Source: Dehalococcoidales bacterium (GTDB lineage Bacteria > Chloroflexota > Dehalococcoidia > Dehalococcoidales > Fen-1064). Taken from it: a stretch of 39,008 nucleotides of DNA. Both the position numbers and the translations under genes were made by a program. The first letter of the stretch is position 1. Each line of letters begins with the position of its first letter. Below, piece after piece: positions 23,936 through 32,508 of the stretch. The DNA lies in assembly GCA_028713395.1 (NCBI GenBank), contig JAQTOJ010000001.1, forward strand, positions 1 through 39,008. Direction: 5' to 3'. The notes beneath the pieces were generated by a model, which worked only from the letters and a program-made list of their open reading frames with translations, searched no databases and was not told the DNA's origin.

Positions 23936-26027
23936 ATACTGTCGCTGGGCCTGTACCGGATATTTTTAAAGCACAACGCCTTCCATTACTTGTTTCTATA
24001 TGTCGATAGCCTGTATCTCTTACACCAGATAAAGTGTGAGATTGCACTGTCGTACCGTCTACGATAATGGCTCCCGTGCAAGTGGTAGCGGCGCTTGCAT
24101 CCACATCGTATTTCGCATAGCGCGGAAAATGACGCCTAGTTTGCAGTGTGTAATCCATTGACTGAACTTCCCACGCTATGGCAGAGCTTGAATCCGTTGT
24201 TTGAGATTTATCTTCTATTTTTCTGATAAAGCCTATTGTGTCCCCTACGATAAGACGATTATTTGTCTCATCTGTTGTCAGACAACGGATAGATACCACA
24301 CTGCCATCGTTATAAACATAGTACGATGTACGATTCGTATCTAAATTTATAACCAAAATATTGGTTGGGTAGGTATAACCTGATGAGGTATACCCAAAAT
24401 ACAAATTATTGCCGAATACATGCAGCCACGCTGTCGTCATGTTCGACACGCCAGGCATACCGTTTACGGTTTCCCCTCTAAAAAGAGGCTCTAAGGTTAG
24501 TTCTGTTATTTTTTGATCTGTCCCGGAATATAAATAAATACCGTCTTTTCCAGTATGGATAATCCCTTTCCCTTTAACCGATACCGCGCCAAAAACGCCT
24601 TGCGCTCCGGTTTTTGAATTTTGTTTGATAGGGAGAAAACTACCGGCACCCGTACCTTGTATTAAATAGATATCATTTGTGCTGAGATAATGAAGTTGGC
24701 CATTGTGAAATACCAATGTTTGCCCTGGGAATTGAACGGTACTAACTTCTACAAAATATAAGGCTGGCCAATAATCCGGTTGTTTCGGCTTACAAAAATA
24801 CAGATTATTATTGTAAATAATAAAGCATGTTCCATCGAACGCTGGGCCAGACACGACTGTACCTAATGGCGGTCGATCATGATCTGTTTCAACTTGTGAC
24901 CCCAATGATGAATCGGCAGTTGTCGTATCTACCGTTACCGAACCGATAGCAACATCTTGGTCATGATAATAAATAGAGCCATTAGCAGTCGTGCGATAAA
25001 CACGTACATGTGTAACCTGAGCATCCGAAGATGCTGCCCAGGTTACACGTAAGGCTTGGTTAGCGAGGCTCTGCGAACTTGAGGCGCTGGACGGATTCGA
25101 CTCAGATACCACGACGGAGCCTACTTTTCGAGCATACGTTATTTTTGAGAGATAACTGCCTGTCAATCCTGTTCCGGTGCCAACACCAACAGTCGGGCCA
25201 GCACCGGGAGCGGCTATTCCCCACTCATATACGGTCGATCCTTCTATGCGTTTCCGGTCTGTACCGTTAAGCGCATATATCTGTTGCGTGGTATCGTTAA
25301 AAGCATTGTATTTAATGCCAGACCATTGCGCATCGGTAAGACCGGAAACAATACTTATTTCATTTCTAAAAATCTGAGGGCCAGCAAAAGCATAACGGTT
25401 ACCAGCTTGTTCTATCAATAGATTAACTGGATCGACATCTCGTTTGATAGAGACCGTATCAAGATTTATATTTACTGCACCTGTAGTTTTAGTAAAACGC
25501 AGATAAACCGTAGATGCGGTAGGCGTAAAAGACGCGCTATAGCTCCCTGAAATTGAATACGTGGTGGGGCCATAAATATCGACTAAACCCGCAACGGTTC
25601 CAATCGAAACAAATATTGGAGAATTACCGGATATCGTAAGATCAAAAGTTAACGTATGAGCAACATTGATTGTCGTAATACTGATAGCTTGATCTGCAAT
25701 AGCATTACCACTAGTAGAATTTAGCAACATCGTCCCGGCATCCCAGGAAATACTTCCACCAGCACTGGAATCTGTCCAGCCAGAAATATCCGTTGTGAAA
25801 GTGCCGTTCGTGACTAATTCCACATTGGATGCAAATGCCGTGGCATTTATTTTAGACGACCCATCTCTTACCGTTAATAAACCTTTTCTATCAATCCGTA
25901 AATTCTTACAGCGAGTCAAAGCCTCTGAATATACATTGTCAGGCATTTTATCGCTGCGCTGGGCTGGCAAATCGGTTGCGGCGGTAGCTATATCGAGGAT
26001 GCCGTTAGGCTTGAAAATTAATCCCAT
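23916..26027 (-). CDS. large tail protein (tail tube/nozzle-like)
   Basis: 703 aa, beta-rich, positioned after the adaptor genes. Confidence 0.5.
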   Translation of the reverse strand: MGLIFKPNGILDIATAATDLPAQRSDKMPDNVYSEALTRCKNLRIDRKGLLTVRDGSSKINATAFASNVELVTNGTFTTDISGWTDSSAGGSISWDAGTMLLNSTSGNAIADQAISITTINVAHTLTFDLTISGNSPIFVSIGTVAGLVDIYGPTTYSISGSYSASFTPTASTVYLRFTKTTGAVNINLDTVSIKRDVDPVNLLIEQAGNRYAFAGPQIFRNEISIVSGLTDAQWSGIKYNAFNDTTQQIYALNGTDRKRIEGSTVYEWGIAAPGAGPTVGVGTGTGLTGSYLSKITYARKVGSVVVSESNPSSASSSQSLANQALRVTWAASSDAQVTHVRVYRTTANGSIYYHDQDVAIGSVTVDTTTADSSLGSQVETDHDRPPLGTVVSGPAFDGTCFIIYNNNLYFCKPKQPDYWPALYFVEVSTVQFPGQTLVFHNGQLHYLSTNDIYLIQGTGAGSFLPIKQNSKTGAQGVFGAVSVKGKGIIHTGKDGIYLYSGTDQKITELTLEPLFRGETVNGMPGVSNMTTAWLHVFGNNLYFGYTSSGYTYPTNILVINLDTNRTSYYVYNDGSVVSIRCLTTDETNNRLIVGDTIGFIRKIEDKSQTTDSSSAIAWEVQSMDYTLQTRRHFPRYAKYDVDASAATTCTGAIIVDGTTVQSHTLSGVRDTGYRHIETSNGRRCALKISGTGPATVYASELE

Positions 26028-27271
26028 CAGAGCGCCGGATAACTGCTCGGTAATGTTGCATGGCGAATTGTTTTTCTGGCTGGAATGGCTTGTCCGACAA
26101 ACCGATAATCTCTATCTGTTTTACGCTTTAAACAGTACAACTTAACAGCCTCTATTCCAATGCTATAGCGAGTTTTCCAATAATCGGACATGCTCTTAAT
26201 TTTCCCATCGGTTAATGCGTTATAAGCCCTTTCACAAACTCCATATTCGATGTACTTACGAAGAAATATTGGAAAATCGCTTTCGTCCGTATCGTCTTGA
26301 ATATCCGTCGGTTCAGAGTCATAGATCATTAAAAATTCATTATCTATCCCTAAAATATCTATGGCTATCCCATCATCTTGCGTAATGTAGCTTCCATCAC
26401 GTCGCATAATGGTTCCTAATTCTGTATTCGATGTATCATCCTCTGTATACAGAACTTGGCCTAACGTTCCAACGCTACCTGTGCCAATCTCGAATAACCA
26501 CATGCCTCTCATTACTTCTTCTTGAGCTGTGCCAATATCCAATTCCCACAAAAATACATAATCTCTTTCATTCGTCTCGTCTTCACGTGTAAACTTTTCA
26601 GAATCACTTGAAACATAAGACACCTCCCAGTCATGTGAATAAACCGTGGAAACGTCTGAGGGTGGAGCCAATTCATCGTCCCATTCTATGGAAGATGGTC
26701 GCGGATATGGGATAAAAGCATTTTCTTCATCATCCTCACGATAATACGAAACAGGTGTACCAGATCGTGTTTCCCAAGACGAATCGCAGCTCATGATTGA
26801 TTTTTTAGTTCGATAATCAATTGGCCGTCTATCGAAAGCTATAAATTTCATCGTATGAAAATTAGATGGAAATTTGATACTGATCGGGACACAGGGTACT
26901 GATCCCATGAAAGCCTCCCAAGGATGCGTAAATTGAATACCCACATCGTCTATCGTGCCGGAGGCTCCCCAATCGGATTGGGCTTCCCATTTATAACAAA
27001 ACGAATAATCCGCTTGATGATGATAGCGAAGGCATCTAAAAAATTGACTCTCACCGGATGTTAGAAATTGCCATTCAAAATCATGAATAAATGACATTTG
27101 ATAACGCGGCGGATAATTCAATACCGCCATCTGTTCCAAGACGCGCGTTTTCCGTTGCATGTCCCGCTGCACATCGTTAAATATAGTTTTTAATAAAGAT
27201 CTCGACCAGATATTTCCATCTGGATCGCGCAACATGCGACGGATTCTTTTAAGTTGATCTCTAAAATTCAT
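26027..27271 (-). CDS. tail/adaptor-associated structural protein
   Basis: 414 aa, acidic, coupled to both neighbours. Confidence 0.45.
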   Translation of the reverse strand: MNFRDQLKRIRRMLRDPDGNIWSRSLLKTIFNDVQRDMQRKTRVLEQMAVLNYPPRYQMSFIHDFEWQFLTSGESQFFRCLRYHHQADYSFCYKWEAQSDWGASGTIDDVGIQFTHPWEAFMGSVPCVPISIKFPSNFHTMKFIAFDRRPIDYRTKKSIMSCDSSWETRSGTPVSYYREDDEENAFIPYPRPSSIEWDDELAPPSDVSTVYSHDWEVSYVSSDSEKFTREDETNERDYVFLWELDIGTAQEEVMRGMWLFEIGTGSVGTLGQVLYTEDDTSNTELGTIMRRDGSYITQDDGIAIDILGIDNEFLMIYDSEPTDIQDDTDESDFPIFLRKYIEYGVCERAYNALTDGKIKSMSDYWKTRYSIGIEAVKLYCLKRKTDRDYRFVGQAIPARKTIRHATLPSSYPAL

Positions 27272-27918
27272 GGGATGACATTCTGGCTCTTATTTCCAAA
27301 CTGATAGTTCTTTTCTTGATATTTAGGATAGAGATTCATTAAACCCAATTCCTCTAAATATTTCTGGTGCCACGTCAATGCTTCCCCAGCATTACCGCGT
27401 GATGCGAAGAATTCTCCAACAGCATAATAAACAGCAGCCCATTTAAATGCCTCTCTAACACGTATCCTATCTGTGCTGGTCTGCATTCTTTCCGGCGTGA
27501 TAACCATATTCAACTCAACCATATCCTCGCCGGATGGAGCCGGAACAAATCCAATTATGTTCGATCCAATCGGTACGTAATAATATGGATTACCGGAATG
27601 ATTCAACCAACGTGGATTTTTCGAGGTCAACGACAATACGTCAGATTGAACGAGCCTTTCTTTATGTCCGACTAGCCATGCATCCGTAATCCAGGCTAAC
27701 TCACCACGTTTTAGCTTTATCCTATAAAAAATTTGATCCGGTACTAGAAATATTTGATACGTCTTTTTATAGGAAGACGTTAAAAAAGATATTTCTTCGA
27801 TGGCATCGTTAAGGCTTTCACGGATAGGCTCAAGCCCTTCATCGGTATCTACAAATACATCAGGCGAATCTGTATTCTCACCGATATATTGAAGAACATA
27901 TGTTTCAAGTGTATTCAT
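27268..27918 (-). CDS. head-tail adaptor candidate
   Basis: 216 aa, first gene after the head/glyco cassette. Assigned by position only. Confidence 0.4.
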   Translation of the reverse strand: MNTLETYVLQYIGENTDSPDVFVDTDEGLEPIRESLNDAIEEISFLTSSYKKTYQIFLVPDQIFYRIKLKRGELAWITDAWLVGHKERLVQSDVLSLTSKNPRWLNHSGNPYYYVPIGSNIIGFVPAPSGEDMVELNMVITPERMQTSTDRIRVREAFKWAAVYYAVGEFFASRGNAGEALTWHQKYLEELGLMNLYPKYQEKNYQFGNKSQNVIP

Positions 27919-27996
27919 ATGGCGGAGTAACCCCTAACAAATAAGGATAGGGCAAATTTGCTTTAGGCTTTCGCCATAAGGGGTTACCCCATATCC

Positions 27997-28329
27997 TTAA
28001 ATGATGCTAAATTTATGTACGCCACGGATATCATCCCTCGTGAAATCTCCCCATTCCTGTTCGCCTGTTACATAAGGCGTAAGATTCACATAACCGAAAT
28101 CACGACGACCTAAATTATATTCATCGGTTGTAGGGTCAGCAGAGATCATGGTATTTAAATCTGTTGCTGTCCCGCCGACGGCTAACGGCTGCACGCCAAA
28201 CGCGCCATTCATACGAACCATATCGAAAGGCGCCTTAACGAACTTATCTCTATTGTCATTAGAGAATTTACCAACTTTATAGTAAACCTCAGTAATTTCT
28301 GCATTATCAATTAAGCTACTTTTTGACAT
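27997..28329 (-). CDS. hypothetical head-module protein (110 aa)
   Basis: ORF immediately downstream of the glycosyltransferase. Confidence 0.45.
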   Translation of the reverse strand: MSKSSLIDNAEITEVYYKVGKFSNDNRDKFVKAPFDMVRMNGAFGVQPLAVGGTATDLNTMISADPTTDEYNLGRRDFGYVNLTPYVTGEQEWGDFTRDDIRGVHKFSII

Positions 28330-28330
28330 T

Positions 28331-29098
28331 TTAATCTCCTAAATGAACTCGCACTTTGTCTGAATATTCGTCTTTGTTTTCTTCCATATATTTCAAATAA
28401 TCTTGGTGCCCGATTACTTTAGGGACTCCAATATGACCCAACTTATATTGGCCATCGCACCATATTTTTATTCCATGCTTCTTTGCCTGCACACAAAAAG
28501 CGATATCTTCACCGGCTCGGTAATCAATCGTAAACCACGGTTGTGGTACACGATCCAGAACATCACGATTCATCAGCATGGCGCCAAAACCAACCGCATC
28601 GCATTCAAATATCTTGTTAGGCGCCTGGATTAACGGAAAATGCTTATATTCGTCATCAACCGAACCGTCTTTGACGTAAACTACAGGTAGAATTTTTCCA
28701 ACTCTTGCGTAATATAAAGCAGATACCATCTCTCGATTATGCCTAGCCAATACACAGGCTAAATCGGCTTCAAATACATGGTCGTCATCCAGCCAAAGAA
28801 TATGAGTGAACTTTTCGCCCGTAAACTCATTGATGTGATCTTTTGCTTTTCTGGCCAAATCATTTCTAGCCCAATCGACCACCATTCGTTCGGTAATTCC
28901 CATCTGGAAAATACTTAACCCATTCATCCATGAATAGGCCACCATATTCGTGACACACTTTGTGAACTTAACACTATTTTCATATCCTCCGCACGGCGTC
29001 AAAATAACAACAGACATTCTTTTATAGATTTCTTTATCTTCTTTTGTAGGTGAATAGAGACCTGGCACTTCTAAATAATTATTTTTCCAGAAATTCAT
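28331..29098 (-). CDS. glycosyltransferase (GT-A, family-2-like)
   Basis: ILWLDDDHVF (DxD), GFGAMLMNRDVLD..PQPWF and GEDIAFCVQAKKHGIKIW are typical GT2 blocks. ATG 29098 is in TAATG overlap. Confidence 0.6.
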   Translation of the reverse strand: MNFWKNNYLEVPGLYSPTKEDKEIYKRMSVVILTPCGGYENSVKFTKCVTNMVAYSWMNGLSIFQMGITERMVVDWARNDLARKAKDHINEFTGEKFTHILWLDDDHVFEADLACVLARHNREMVSALYYARVGKILPVVYVKDGSVDDEYKHFPLIQAPNKIFECDAVGFGAMLMNRDVLDRVPQPWFTIDYRAGEDIAFCVQAKKHGIKIWCDGQYKLGHIGVPKVIGHQDYLKYMEENKDEYSDKVRVHLGD

Positions 29099-29373
29099 TA
29101 CATTCGATTTTTTTGCTTTTTCCATTCCCATACCTTCGGATGTTTAGCAATTTGTACTAATTTTTCCCACAACGTTAGATTGCATGGGGCAATCTTCATA
29201 TGTCCACAATGGGCGCATCCCTTATACTCACGCAAATCAAATAAACTGACTATACGATGACACAACATACACCGATAAAATGTGAGCGCATCTTCATCGT
29301 TCGATTCGAGAAACCCTGGCTTTTCTTCTCTCGTATCAATAAATTGACCGTTTATAAATTTCGGCTCTTCCAT
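29098..29373 (-). CDS. zinc-ribbon protein (91 aa)
   Basis: CMLCHR...CAHCGH. It is preceded by the CTTGATAGGAG motif. Confidence 0.45.
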   Translation of the reverse strand: MEEPKFINGQFIDTREEKPGFLESNDEDALTFYRCMLCHRIVSLFDLREYKGCAHCGHMKIAPCNLTLWEKLVQIAKHPKVWEWKKQKNRM

Positions 29374-29391
29374 ATTTCTCCTATCAAGAAA

Positions 29392-29928
29392 TTAAATTTT
29401 CTTAAATATAAAAACTTGTTCATGTATGAAATTACGCATGTGGCTCGCGCAGAATTTCAACAACCAAGGACACCATGTAATCATCCATGTATATTTTTCA
29501 TAAGGGACTTGATTATAAGAAACGGGCTCTAATGGCACGGAATCTTTATTATCAATAGCCCATGCGCTTGTACCGTGTTGAGCACCTTTAATTCCATGAA
29601 ATGAGTTTTGACCAAACACATGGTGATGGTCACGATAGGTTAATGCTGTAGAACTTGATTCGTCTGGAACCCTAATTTCTAAAATACCACCCGGTTTAAG
29701 AATACGTGCGCATTCTGTAAAAGATGACCACCAATCCGGTATGTGCTCAAGTATGTGGCTCATATAAATCTCATCTATGGAATTATCATCCCACGGATAG
29801 GGAAATTTATTTAAATCACATACTAAATCAGGAACGCAAGACTCATAAGCATCAACATTGACCCAACCTATTATTTTTTTTAGACCACATCCTAAATTTA
29901 GTTTAGTTTTTTTAACATTTTCAGCCAT
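29392..29928 (-). CDS. class I SAM-dependent methyltransferase
   Basis: LNLGCG (motif I), a DAY acidic loop, and ILKPGGILEI (motif IV-like). Confidence 0.75.
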   Translation of the reverse strand: MAENVKKTKLNLGCGLKKIIGWVNVDAYESCVPDLVCDLNKFPYPWDDNSIDEIYMSHILEHIPDWWSSFTECARILKPGGILEIRVPDESSSTALTYRDHHHVFGQNSFHGIKGAQHGTSAWAIDNKDSVPLEPVSYNQVPYEKYTWMITWCPWLLKFCASHMRNFIHEQVFIFKKI

Positions 29929-30950
29929 AAATGTCCTATCTCATCCCAGCTATTAATTTTTGTGGCGGCAGCATTTTTAATCATTTTACGATGAAGTTTT
30001 TCATCTTCAAGAAGATGAACAGAATGGCGTATAACATCAAGATGATAAGCCATATAATCAACTGGCATCCATCTTGTTAACACACCATTTTTATTATTAT
30101 TTATCCATTCATTGGAACTACCTATATTACCTGTCGTGACGATAGGCGTTCCAGACGCAAGACTTTGCAGAATTATGTTAGAACATATTTCCGGGTAATC
30201 TGTAGGCAATACCATCAATCCCGATTTACCTATTTCTTCCGCCAATTGTTTCTGCGGAATGGGATCACATAACTGTACATCGGACTCTTCTACTTTCGTA
30301 TAGACTTCGGTAAAACCATCTTTATCTGAATCTCTATCTTCGACTTCATTAGGATGAAGTTTTTTAAGATTAGAGAATGCCTTCATGTAAACCGGCCTTT
30401 TTACTCTTGTCTTGATGCAATCAAAAATAAAAGGTAACCGTTTCAGCCCCCTATTAGGGGCCGAGGCAAAAATCAAATAATTTAAATCCTTTTCTCTAGG
30501 ATAGAATATCTCTTTATCAACACCGTTCGGTATTAAAAAAGACCTGCCTATTTCCTTATAGAAATATCGCCAAATCCGCTCTGCATAATTCGACATAAAT
30601 ACCGTTGCCGAAAATGCTTTGATTGTCTTTGGTTCTGGTATAAATCCAGAATGCGGTAAATCATGCGTCCACAATATTCTGTGACGAGATTTTATATCGG
30701 AATGACCGCTACCCACCCCGCGATTACAAATTAGAAAATCATAATCCTCATTTGCATCGCCGCACCAGACAACCCCGCTTCTAGTAGTGCCTGATTTCTT
30801 AATGTCGCTATTCACAACGACATGGTGCCCACACGAAGCCAAATAATCTGAAATTTTAAATAAGCTCGTTACCATTCCACCACGAGCCTTTGTTTCTAAA
30901 TCATCAACCGTTTCTAACTTGGTCGATTTATCCAGAAAACAGATTTTCAT
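29898..30950 (-). CDS. glycosyltransferase (GT-B, family-4-like)
   Basis: MKICFLD...GGM...L...L...GHHVVV at the N-terminus. The C-terminal E..C.NIILQSLASGTPIVTT......E resembles the GT4 EX7E region. ATGA-coupled start at 30950. Confidence 0.65.
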   Translation of the reverse strand: MKICFLDKSTKLETVDDLETKARGGMVTSLFKISDYLASCGHHVVVNSDIKKSGTTRSGVVWCGDANEDYDFLICNRGVGSGHSDIKSRHRILWTHDLPHSGFIPEPKTIKAFSATVFMSNYAERIWRYFYKEIGRSFLIPNGVDKEIFYPREKDLNYLIFASAPNRGLKRLPFIFDCIKTRVKRPVYMKAFSNLKKLHPNEVEDRDSDKDGFTEVYTKVEESDVQLCDPIPQKQLAEEIGKSGLMVLPTDYPEICSNIILQSLASGTPIVTTGNIGSSNEWINNNKNGVLTRWMPVDYMAYHLDVIRHSVHLLEDEKLHRKMIKNAAATKINSWDEIGHLWLKMLKKLN

Positions 30951-31162
30951 CTTTCCACTGCCATTTTTGCTTCCAACCCGCATTTACGACAGGCAAGATG
31001 CTGTCTGCTTACTATTGATCTATCATCAATGGTATATTTTTGAAGAACGTTATTATCCTGCCCTTTCTTTTTGGTAAACCAAGATTCATCGTCCGCACTG
31101 AATAATGTTTCTACTTTAACGAACTGCTCACATTGGCATTTCCTGCAAACCCATTGAGACAC
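30947..31162 (-). CDS. zinc-ribbon protein (71 aa)
   Basis: GTG 31162 lies 4 nt after AGGAGG in the CCTTGATAGGAGG motif. CRKCQC...CRKCG. Confidence 0.4.
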   Translation of the reverse strand: MSQWVCRKCQCEQFVKVETLFSADDESWFTKKKGQDNNVLQKYTIDDRSIVSRQHLACRKCGLEAKMAVER

Positions 31163-31217
31163 ATATCCTCCTATCAAGGAAATGGGAGACCCTATCGTCT
31201 CCCACCACAACATTACA

Positions 31218-31649
31218 TCACAGAGCGCGCAAGAACCCTTTGGCAGTCGTCGCAAATTGGCTTGAAGACGAGGCGGTAATAGCCTCGCACAAGAAACCAA
31301 ACGCTTTCGACGTACCAAGAACGGTAGCCGGGGTAAGACCCCAATGCGCACCACCTGCCACCACGGTTAAGTTATCGCCCGCTACAGATGAGCCCGTTGA
31401 GGCGTAAATACGAACGCTTGCACGGTATCCGTAGACCTGCACTAAACCATACGCATTGTTGGCGATATCACTATCCGCAACACCGGCAAATGCCTGAAGG
31501 TCTGTAGCAGAGGCTTGGGTAACACGTACACCGTCAACACTAGCGCCAACATCGAATACTAGCGCATAGCCTGCCGTGGCAGTGGAACCCGATACATTTT
31601 GTACAACGATAAAGGCTGTTTCTGCTGTAGTACGTCCAACTCTTTTGAC
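31218..31649 (-). CDS. start-less ORF encoding a beta-rich decoration/cement-like domain; probable 3' exon
   Basis: The frame is open from 31685 to TGA 31218, with no ATG/GTG/TTG before GTG 31442. The sequence ..AGYALVFDVGASVDGVRV....AFAGVADSDIANNAYGLVQVYGY..VRIY....VAGDNLTVVAGG resembles DUF2190-type head decoration proteins. Confidence 0.5.
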   Translation of the reverse strand, partial: VKRVGRTTAETAFIVVQNVSGSTATAGYALVFDVGASVDGVRVTQASATDLQAFAGVADSDIANNAYGLVQVYGYRASVRIYASTGSSVAGDNLTVVAGGAHWGLTPATVLGTSKAFGFLCEAITASSSSQFATTAKGFLRAL

Positions 31650-32508
31650 CTGTCCGATTTCTCTTTCATGGACATGGACTATATCTTACCTTCCTATCAA
31701 GGTGCTTCGTATGAAGATAGTAATTTGTATTTCATGCAATCTGGCACATGAGAAATAAATGGCTCGAATATCTTATCAAGTTTTTCTATCTCATTGACAC
31801 CGAATCGGAGACGCCAATGTTCTCCATGCCTGTTTAACTTTGCCGTCAGATTCCATCTGTCGTGAAAATATTTCTGTAACGATAGATGTTCAATATAATT
31901 ATACCGATCTGTGCAAAATATCGCCCCTGGATCATTTCCGCTTTCTTTCCAGTACCTTACCCCATCGTCAAGATACCAAAATAACAAACCTAAATCATCC
32001 AATCGCTTGAGCATGTGAACATCAAATGTCTTTCTATTCGCATGATATACGCGCTGTCGAAGACCTGTATAAAATGGATGGCTTTTCGTAAAAATAACAA
32101 TTACCGGATATAACTTGTCGCTTTCCTTACTTGCCTTTGATTCACCTCTCCATACAGAAACAGACGTTAACTGCTCTAGGATTTCTTTTTTCCATAAAGC
32201 ATAGTCTTCATATTTTCCTGAATGGCTACATTGCAAGTGGGCATTCTTTCTATCTTTCGACAATCCAGCGTCACCCATTAACATACCGATAACAGCACCT
32301 TTTAACTCTAACCTGTTCTTCATAGTCTCTACTCCTGGCTTTTCGCCTTGGATCGGGATTGCTCTTTTCGAGTCGTCCCCCGAGTTCAGAAGTCTTGTGA
32401 TACCCGTGGCCTTACTGGCCCAATATCATTTTACTTAACTCCTTTGTTAAAGCGCCCCTACCACGCAATGTTTTCACTTACAGGCTTTCACCCAGTTTAT
32501 TTGAAGTT
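31649..32508 (-). mobile_element. group I intron (boundaries approximate) containing a LAGLIDADG ORF
   Basis: The minus-sense S element AAGATATAGTCC (31687-31676) is a 12/12 match to the consensus. The R element is GTAGAGACTATG (32332-32321). P7 is GACTAT/ATAGTC (6 bp) and P3 is GCCTGT (32485-32480) / ACAGGT (32316-32311). P4 is ATTGCGTGG with CCACG (32409-32405). The P8 hairpin is ACCTT-GATAGG-AAGGT (31703-31688), and P9 is TGTCC/GGACA (31674-31651) followed by GG. Confidence 0.65.
31697..32323 (-). CDS. LAGLIDADG homing endonuclease (two-motif, monomeric type)
   Basis: LKGAVIGMLMGDAGL and LGLLFWYLDDGVRY are the two LAGLIDADG motifs. The ATG lies inside P7 and the TGA lies in the P8 loop of the intron. 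Confidence 0.75.
   Translation of the reverse strand: MKNRLELKGAVIGMLMGDAGLSKDRKNAHLQCSHSGKYEDYALWKKEILEQLTSVSVWRGESKASKESDKLYPVIVIFTKSHPFYTGLRQRVYHANRKTFDVHMLKRLDDLGLLFWYLDDGVRYWKESGNDPGAIFCTDRYNYIEHLSLQKYFHDRWNLTAKLNRHGEHWRLRFGVNEIEKLDKIFEPFISHVPDCMKYKLLSSYEAP

Noticed and set aside
30947-31354. 135-aa version of the zinc-ribbon ORF
   Set aside because: Its N-terminal 64 codons overlap the decoration-like ORF in another frame and look like Arg/Leu-rich noise. GTG 31162, behind AGGAGG, is preferred.
31218-31442. 74-aa GTG-start version of the decoration-like ORF from the ORF track
   Set aside because: The same frame is open and protein-like for a further ~80 codons upstream, so the GTG start would truncate the conserved-looking beta domain.
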